Shown here: positions 55,454-64,000 of the stretch, piece by piece | Position numbering within the stretch: position 1 is the first letter of the stretch | Layout: every line of letters starts with the position of its first letter | NCBI RefSeq assembly: GCF_000181795.1 | Contig: NW_003526946.1 | Coordinates: forward strand, 553,351-617,350 | Source: Trichinella spiralis | Lineage: Eukaryota | Direction of reading: 5' to 3' | DNA length: 64,000 bases | Program-made: the position numbers and the translations under genes | The notes under the pieces: generated by a model | Told to the model about the DNA's origin: nothing | Databases searched by the model: none | The model's input: the letters and a program-made list of their open reading frames with translations, nothing else

Positions 55454-57821
55454 TATTCTACAAATTTTTAAAGTCCTGAAAAAATTCTGTGCCGTAGGCA
55501 CTGACAGCAGAAGCGAAAGTATAGCATGCGATTTCTAATCAAAAAATTACATTCTTGTTTCGAAATACGTCTATGCTAATTTATGAGGTTCCTCCATTAT
55601 ACATTTAATTATAAAATTATAAATCATTGCCAGAAAATTAAAATTTACAAATGACATAAATAACAAAACTTACAGTTATCAACAACTGAGACAACCTGAT
55701 GGTTCAAAAGTACTGTCTTTTCATTGCTACAAAAAACTGCTCAGGTGTTAATGTGCATTAATGTATATATAATTATGTACAATGCATAAAAATTATTGTA
55801 AAATGTGTTTTTACAATTTAATTTCAATATTACTTAAACTAAAACTTTTTAATTTCAATTTTTCACGGAATCTAAACATTACTGACCATACTATACTTGT
55901 TGTGAAAACTTGATATAATTGTTGTTACAATGAACATTATTTATATGAATTTTTGAACATCTTTAATAACGTTACAATAAACACTTTACAGTGAACTGGT
56001 TCTCATACGATTGCTGATGTGAAGCTTCTTGATAATTTTAAAAATTCCAATTCATTCGAATAATATCCAAATCAGATCAGACATCATCAAAAGATGACAA
56101 GAAAGTAGGAAACAATTGGAAAAAAACCTATTAAAATTGAGACAACTTGATAACGTTCAACGATAAACAGCAGTTATCAATTACTGATTCTCGATTCTTC
56201 CAGAAATTTGTCCCCTAATTAAGATTATATTATGATGTTTTCCTGGTTAGGTTCAACGGTTCCTTCTCGCAGAATACAAAAATTCACTGAATGGCCTATC
56301 CATCAATGTCGAAGATATCAACGATCCTCCACATTCGACATTGCATACTTCTAAATGTTAAAGTATACATAATTCAGTGGTGTCGAAAAAACTCATATTT
56401 ATCACCGATAAATCTCATAGTCGCGGAAACTATTACGGATTGTCAGAAAAACAAGAAGCCATGAAAACGCTTTGTTTGATGAGGTGCAATTCAATACAGC
56501 AGCATGCTAAATCAAACCTTGTCAATCAATATCTTTAGAAGACCATTATAAACTAGTTAAAAATTATGGAGCCCTTCTTTTCATATTCACATTGACAACA
56601 CATGAACAAATTCTCACGCTAAACTTGGCAGCTCAGCTAAAAGAACAGTAATTTGGAATTTAAGTGACAAAGATTGATTGTTATGACGTTGGCATATTTA
56701 GAAAGATTGGCGACATAGTTCTTGGAATAGCGGCGGTCAGATTAATATGATAATTTTGCATTCCGAAATAGAGTAGACCTAACGACAAATTTCAAAACTT
56801 AGATATATAGTCATTCAGTGATCAAAGAGGCGGCAAAAATGATTAAATTTCAAATAAAAGGAAAGTATGAAACTAAAAATTACAAATAAAATAATCACAA
56901 GTAAAAAAATTTTTTATTAATAAAACTCGCAAATATTTTATGGATTATGATTTTTCCCGTTACATGTTGCATCCATTAACACATTGCATCTTTGTCCTGT
57001 TTATACCTGCACATCATTAATAGTGCTTACAATTCCGAACTCTATAATACAGTTGTGCAGAATGAAAAGGAAGTGTAATAAACGTTAGTCAAACGTTACA
57101 TTATAGCGTACTTGAGGTTATTCATTTAGTGATAGCAACAATCAGCTTGCAAAAGAATGCAGTTCACCGGGAGTACCTGAATTATTGCTACTGTAGAATG
57201 ATGACTACATCGAAAGCTAATGAAAAAAGAGAAAAATTGTGTGATGAGAATTTTGAAATCAACACAACTGTTGATGTTGATTTGAGCGCTCATGCTTGAT
57301 AAATATTATTTTCTGCGTTTGAATTTTGATAAATTTCATTTTTACAGCAACGCGTGACAGATACTCACAATAAAACGAGTTGTATTCCAACAATCTCGAA
57401 TGATTTTAATAATAGCATAAATTATAAAATTCAGATTTATTAATTATGAAATTTATCGTTTTTATAATTTTGAAATGCAGTGATAAAAATCAACGTTTAG
57501 AAATGTCACAATTATTTGAAATCTTAAACTTAAATATTAAAAAATAATAAAAAATTATTAAAATCGTTACATTTTTACATTTTTATTATAGACAATTTTA
57601 TTGAATTTTGTTTTTTATTAATTATTTGAACTTTATTATAAGTTTACTGTAAGCCAACGTATTGTTAAATGTTTTTAAGAATGGTGTAATCAAAATGAGC
57701 TCATTTTATATTTGTAATAGTTTGTTTTAATAAAATGTTTATTAATCATATCTTAAAAATGTACTCACTGTTGTTTAATAGAGCATTTATTATTTAGAAA
57801 TACTGATTAAAGTGGTATAAA

Positions 57822-59181
57822 ATGCCTCGTATTCGTACTGTTCATAGTAAAGTTTACGCGACTCCTCGTCGTCCTTATGAAAAAGAACGTCTGGATCAAG
57901 AATTGAAATTAATTGGTGTTTACGGACTTCGTAACAAGCGAGAAGTCTGGCGGGTGAAGTATTCGTTAGCTCACATTCGAAAGCTAGCCCGTGAATTGTT
58001 GACCTTAGAAGAGAAAGATCCCCGCCGACTGTTTGAAGGTGCTCAGTTGTTATTTTTAATCAACATTGTGTAAATTATTTGTTTATTTTACAGGAAATGC
58101 TCTTTTGCGACGTCTTGTACTTATCGGTGTTCTGCGAGAGGAGCAAATGAAGCTCGATTACGTTTTAGGTTTGCGTGTTGAAGACTTTTTAGAACGTCGT
58201 CTTCAAACTCAAGTTTTTAAGAAGGGACTTGCTAAGAGCATCCACCATGCCCGTGTAATGATTTTGCAACGCCACATTAGGTATTGTTTTAATTATCTAA
58301 ATTTAATTAGCCTTATACATGATGCGTAGTTGTGTTGGTGTTATGAGATTTTTCTAATTCTTTTGAGTTCTAGATTTCAAGTTTAATACGTAATTGATTT
58401 TCTGCATTTCCACAGTATCTACTATTATAAATTTGAACATCAAAAAGTTTTATACTATTGAGAAATTGTGGTTCTTAAAAGGTTTTGCATGTATGTTTAT
58501 TTAATTTTATATTTTTGTCTGCACTGCGTTTTAGTGTCTACATTCTGTGACGAATATTATTTTGAAATTTATCGTAACAGCTAGGCATAATTTGTTGTGT
58601 ATACTGTAGAATTTTTTTAGAATAATATTCTTTATTGAATGAAGATTTGTTTTTCAAATTAGCAGTATGCTTTTAAGTATACTTGTAATAAATGGTGTTT
58701 AAGTGGTGTGATTTTTTATTTGAAATGCTATTAAATTGGTAATTGTTTTGTGTACAGGTAATTATTTAATTTAAATATTTTTTCATTTTGAAGGTAACTA
58801 TTTTTGTATTTAATAAATTATTGTTAGGAAAGTTTGATTGCATGACAAATGTACATTAATTTTGCTACAAGGAATTTTTTTATTGCTTTGATTTTAGAGT
58901 TCGCCGTCAAGTTGTTAATGTTCCATCGTTCATTGTTCGTCTGGATTCTGAGAAGCACATAGGTAATTATTCACTTATTTATTTTTGTGTTTACACAATG
59001 TGATTGTGCAGTTATAATTAACTTTTTGACGGAAAAGTAATTGTAATATACATAAATTACCTTTACAATTTAAGAACTTTCATTACGTTCTCCATATGGA
59101 ACTGGGCGACCTGGTCGTGTCAAACGGAAGAATCAGAAGAAAGGGGCTGCGGATGAGGATGGTGGCGATGATGATGAATAA
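57822..59181 (+). CDS. rps-9: 40S ribosomal protein S9 (uS4); exons 57822-58038, 58094-58280, 58898-58962, 59075-59181
   Basis: [71 protein letters not shown]. Confidence 0.97.
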
Positions 59182-59348
59182 ACTGCTATTTCCCAGCTCT
59201 AATTCGGATGTTGAAAAATAAAAGCGAAAAAAAAACAAATATAATTTTTAAATATTGACAGAACGTTGAACGGGTTTTATAACCAGATATTTTTTGACTA
59301 CGGCGTGCAATTTGTGTGTTTTATTTTTTTGTAAAAACGGTTTAAGAT

Positions 59349-60320
59349 ATGATTGGTGAAATTAGAAAGAAAGACTTAAATCCTGTTGTCGACGCTTTGC
59401 CGTACATTGACCAAGGATATGACGAAGAGGCAGAAGCTGCAGTAAAAATTGGTTTTCTTTTTGTTTGGCATGCTTTTTTATTTGAAGCGTTGCGAATGTG
59501 TTTTTAGGCAATGGCTTTAATTCAGGAAGAATGTTCTCGTTACAGACATGTTACAAGCACCAAATATGACTTGCCCCCTTTGAATTTTAATAAATTTTTG
59601 GTATGGTTTCTGATGTTCTGATGAAACAACAGTTGAAATTTGATTTGTCGGTTTTCTTTTTCTGTATTTCAGACGGAATTGTTGAAAGCCGAATTTGAAC
59701 GTATCCAAAATCGACAACCAATGCAAGGATTGAACATGAGACGTTATGAACTGCCGGGACCTTCAAGTACACGCGTGGGCGATCTGGACAGTTGGCAAGA
59801 AGCTCTGCAAAATGCCAAAGCTCAGTTGGAACAGCAAGATTTGAGGTGAAATGTGTTTTTTATTCTTGATTATTTTTTTTATTAATGTTTATTCTTATGT
59901 TATGATTTATTTATTTAGAATTCTCAGTTTGGAATTGATGGTAGAATATGGCGCCGAAGCTTGGAGAATGTATTTAGAAAAAGCAGAGAAAACTCGAAAT
60001 CTTTACCGGAAACATATTTCCTCATTACGGGAAAAAGTCCAAGCGGTACATTTTAGCAGGAAAAGGAAGCAGACTGAAGCTGGTGACAAACTTAAGCAGT
60101 TGGAAGCACGGTGAATGTTGCGTTGCGTTTTATTTGCATAATTTTTATTTCGTTTTGTTTTTTTTGCAGTTGGGTATCGTTGGTTACAAAAAACTATGAA
60201 ATTGAAAAGATATGTGCCGAAATAGCTGTTCAGAATGCAATCAAGAGAAAACAACTCGAAGAAGAAGAAGAGCAACAACAACAACAACAGCAACAACAAA
60301 CTGTTGTTGCTGAATCTTAA
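59349..60320 (+). CDS. BCAS2: Pre-mRNA splicing factor SPF27/BCAS2
   Basis: VDALPYIDQGYDE, MRRYELPGP, WQEALQNAKAQLEQQ, LELMVEYGAEAW, RKRKQTEAGDKLKQLEARWVSLVTKNYEIE; poly-E/Q tail. Confidence 0.93.
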
Positions 60321-60506
60321 CTACTGTTATCACTTATTTTGTACTCATTAATTACTGTTGTTAATTGTGAATTGATTGAAATTTTTACATTATAACGTGA
60401 AATGTTTGTTTTGATCGTTGCATTATTCACGAGTATTTTTTTTCTTCTCTTTTCATTTTAAATTTTGATCATAAAATGTATAATCACAATCGTTCAGATT
60501 TCAGTC

Positions 60507-60966
60507 ATGTCTGAAAATTCGCTTACCAATGGGGCGGATGAGTCTTCAGATGTAGATGTAAAAGATGCAGAAGAAGAAGTGAAGAACAATCAATATATTT
60601 GCATGTACAAGGAATGCAGGGAGAATTTTAACACAACTGAAGAATTGCAATCTCACTTGATCAAATGTAGACAGGTTTGTTTTTTGTGTTTTTGTATTTC
60701 TATTTTTTTACATGGACAATTTTCAGTCATACACTGGTCCTTACAAAGTGTGCATGTTTAACGCAGCACATTGGTTGCCACTACCGGAGAGTAAATTTCA
60801 CATGACAATTTGTCCCAGCAGATATTCGTTTGTCGAGGAAGTTTAATTTTTTGTATGCTATGCACATGTATCTTTTGATAATGGATAATAAATTTTATCA
60901 TTTATGTATGCGTTTCTTTTTATTGAATAACAATTTGAACAGGCGCCAAATTTGAATCTTAAATAA
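60507..60966 (+). CDS. Small zinc-finger protein with U11-48K/GTSF1-type CHHC finger (GTSF1/Asterix-like)
   Basis: Exon 60507-60674 ends CMYKECRENFNTTEELQSHLIKCRQ. Exon 60727-60840 reads VCMFNAAHWLPLPESKFHMTICP (C-x5-H-x9-H-x3-C). Probable last exon 60943-60966. Confidence 0.72.
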
Positions 60967-61249
60967 TGAAAGGATTTGTGATTCGTCAGGCAAGTGATCG
61001 TTGTTGTAACAATCCTGCGAAACAAAGACCATCATAACAGTGACCTGCTAATTTGATAATGCATTTCTTAGCAGCAGTAGTTTCTGACCTGACCGAACAA
61101 TTGTGCACTAGTAATTGTGACCTATTATATATATGTATATATATATATATATATGCATAGTTATCTTTTGCCCCAAAGATCAGTTGCTTAGCCATTTCAT
61201 CAACTGCGACTGCTCTCTTATCATAGCTGTCTTCTTTCTTTTATCAACA

Positions 61250-62446
61250 ATGCATTTACTTAATGTCATACGTTATGTAAGTTGAGAATCTCGCCTATTT
61301 ATCTTTACTTATGCAAATATGAATGAAAGAATTTTGATCATACATAATAATTTTTTTAAAGATACCTCCTAGAAGACCGCAGAGAATGTTGAAAGGCAAA
61401 AAGAGGTTAAAGAAAGTCAGGATAACGAAAAGAATTGTACAATATTTAAAAGTAGCGCATCATTTATTGAAAAGTAAACCTCATCATTATGTCGAATTGA
61501 TGAAAATTATACACCGCTACTGGTCAAGAAGGTAATAAATAGAATGATAAAAATTACCTATCTAATTTTCAAGGGCATTTCATATTTCAGATATAATAGA
61601 ATTCGCTTTATCAAGAAGATTGGCGGTCTTTGTCAAGATTATCCCGATTTAATTAGTGGCTTGGTATTATTTTTTCCTACAGGTTACAGGATTTACGTTC
61701 ACAATGGGAATGTTCACTATTACAGTAGAAAAGCTACTTTTCCAAAAATATTTTGGAAGGTAAAAAATTTCCTTCAATAAAAAAGTAATGTATTTTTTAA
61801 AAAAAAAGATTTTTCGTCCATGTTATAGGCTGATCTTATTGGCGAGGTTAAACTGTCGTTGTTGGATTTATCTCCTGATGCCATTCGTAAAAATGATAAA
61901 GCGCTGAAAGAGATGGAAGAGTGTGTTCGTTATGTGAAAGTATGTTCTGAGGAAGATATGTTTTTTCTTCTTTAAATTTTCCAAGGAAATGATTTTATTT
62001 CAGCATCGATATTCGCCAATAATTTTCCAAACCCTCTCCGAGGTGTTGACCGACTACAAGTATGGGCGTATGTCTAACATGGACGGCAAAGAATGTATTG
62101 CTTATGAAAAGCTGTATGGGATATTTCAATGTGATTCAAGACTGAACGATCTGGTATCCATATTTGTCAACGTCGCTTGCATTGTCGACAAAAAAGCATG
62201 GAATCGAATTTTCAAAGTAAATAAACACGCAAACGTATATTCCCACGTACGTATAATGATGTATTTTAGCCCGACTAATTTGCACTTTGTAAGCAATGAT
62301 CGACATGTGGCAGAACTTTTTTCACGCAAGAATTTATGTAAAACATTAAAAGGTGTAAATTTTGCATCTGTTTTGACTTTTTTGCACTGTACATATTCTA
62401 TTATACTGTCATAGTGAATGGAACGTGTGATGTGTGTGAAATTTAG
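61250..62446 (+). CDS. Small protein of two divergent PAH (paired amphipathic helix) domains, Sin3-related; 3' end uncertain
   Basis: Exons 61250-61276, 61362-61531, 61591-61759, 61829-61939 and 62004 onward splice in frame. YLKVAHHLLKSKPHHYVELMKII...YPDLISGLVLFFPTGYRIYV resembles Sin3 PAH1 ([20 protein letters not shown]). A second PAH-like block reads EMEECVRYVK..IFQTLSEVLTDY..AYEKLYGIF. Confidence 0.7.
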
Positions 62447-62782
62447 TCAATTACTGCGCTTAAAATGTAAATTAGAAGGGAAAGAAATGAAATAAATATT
62501 TTTTTAATTTTTTTGAACATTATGCAGGTATATGATACTGCAATAAATGCATATGTATTTTAATAAATCCCATTATATATTTGGCGTATATACTGCAATA
62601 CATTAATGATCGCTGAAAAGCGATTTTTTAATGAATTTAATGAATTCAATTTTAATGACATGATTATTTTAATAATCCAACAGTAATTAAATTATTAGCT
62701 AAAGCATTTAGCGGCACACTTTCCACATATAAGTAGACCTATTTGATGACTTTCAAAATTGTTATTATCAATTTTTTTGCAC

Positions 62783-63722
62783 GGGATGGTCCACTTTTCA
62801 ACGCGTTTTTTTATTGGTCGTTGACCGCGCTATTTTATTGGACCGTCAAGTCGTTGTCTTATTGGTTTTCTTTGTCTAATTGCTCATTGATTCAAATCTT
62901 TCCCTTGTGATTAGAAGTAATATTTGTTCATTGCATAGGTTCAAATATTCCAGTTAGGATTATGTAACAGTAAATAGTAGGGACGCAACATTAATAATGG
63001 AAATATTTATTATTCCAAAATTGTCTGTTTGAAGTTTTGTCATTCATTGAAATTTTGTTTATTCAAATATATCATTTGTGGTGAAGTTTGTACTTTTTCA
63101 TGATCAGTATTTCTGAAAATATTTTTTATCACTGTTCTCTATTTTATTGTACGAAACTGACGTTATATCAAATGCGATAGTAATAATTCAGAAAAATCAA
63201 TACAAAAAAGAAGTTAAATAGTGATTTTTATTTTTCACTAGCCAACAGGAGCAGCACAAACAGTAAAGAACAGCCAACAACAACAACGACAACAATGAAA
63301 AACAACAGTGAACGGCATGAACAAAGAGGAAACAACGAAAAAGCAAGAAACTAAATATTGCAATACAATACAGCACAATAAAATACAAACCACCAATTGG
63401 AAGGCGGCATTAAATCGGCTCCCGCGTTATGTACATTAATGAATGCTTCCAGAAAATGCTCCAGGGTACGACTACCGTTGTGTATTCACCCGTATATTGG
63501 GCAAACCCTTTGTTGCTTTTCAGCATAAACTTTGTTTACCTGTCTTATGTCACCACCGGTAGCGTTTCCTGATAGCACTTGCTGAATCAGGGTGTCCATC
63601 ACACCCTGTTCTGCTATCAGGATCTGCAGCAGTTCATACAACCCGTAATGACTTTTAGCGGCTTTTCTGTTGAACCGATTGTGCCAACCTTCCAAGTGGT
63701 TATTGGTTCTAATATTTACATT
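62783..63722 (-). mobile_element. 3' remnant of the same FLYWCH-MULE family, frameshifted
   Basis: NVNIRTNNHLEGWHNRFNRKAAKSHYGLYELLQILIAEQGVMDTLIQQVLSGNAT is near-identical to 12532-12700. The 3' trailer is homologous to 12840-13313. The left boundary is tentative. Confidence 0.88.
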
Positions 63723-63727
63723 ATATA

Positions 63728-63976
63728 TGTTACGCTTAATGTTGAAAATTGCCTATTATTGATAATAGGCAAGCGTTTTTCCTATTATTGATAATAGGCA
63801 ACAGCTTTTGCCTATTATTGATAATAGGCAATAAGCATTTGCCTAATGTTGAAGAAAACGGCTTACGAGTCACGCTGTATGTTGAAATGATTTTATTAAT
63901 GATATTTGTATTTATTATCAGAAACAAATGTATCGCACGAGGTTTATATATTATTGCATGACTTCCCGGGGTGACA
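63728..63976 (-). mobile_element. LTR-like ~250 bp insert with internal palindrome array, truncating the MULE remnant
   Basis: The minus strand begins TGTCAC and ends GTAACA, with TATATAAA followed by AATAAA inside. MULE homology stops ~5 nt away. No target-site duplication is seen. Confidence 0.5.
63749..63831. repeat. Three tandem 24-bp palindromes TTGCCTATTAT-TG-ATAATAGGCAA, period 29-30 nt
   Basis: Units at 63749-63772, 63778-63801 (one mismatch) and 63808-63831. Confidence 0.95.
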
Positions 63977-64000
63977 ACGAGAATTGCATAATACTCTTTT

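Noticed and set aside
63749..63831. CRISPR-like array
   Set aside because: Spacers are only 5-6 nt, the context is eukaryotic and there are no cas genes.

Overview
AT-rich, intron-dense eukaryotic DNA, most likely a clade I nematode of the Trichinella type. This is inferred from the tandem His-substituted DNase II genes, FLYWCH-MULE repeats and ~50-60 nt introns. Left to right the window holds three tandem secreted DNase II-like genes plus an orphan first exon, then a 10-N gap. Next come ~1 kb inverted repeats enclosing a FLYWCH-MULE transposase, and two intronless REEP/DP1 paralogs flanking a DEDD-type Argonaute. These are followed by SUCLG1, a truncated paxillin-like LIM gene, NT5C2, Ro60 and adducin. 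A spliced non-coding host transcript carries a U18/SNORD18-like box C/D snoRNA and a degenerate paralog. After a HIG1-domain gene comes an operon-like run: rps-9, BCAS2/SPF27, a GTSF1-like CHHC zinc-finger gene and a PAH-only Sin3-like gene. The window ends with a second MULE remnant broken by an LTR-like insert. The signals least visible in the ORF track are the snoRNA host gene (~53.9-54.9 kb), poison exons and a structured element in the long rps-9 intron, the PAH-only protein, the GTSF1-like gene, and the duplicated promoter and signal-peptide exon in the DNase II array. All exon boundaries were read by eye and no database searches were run.
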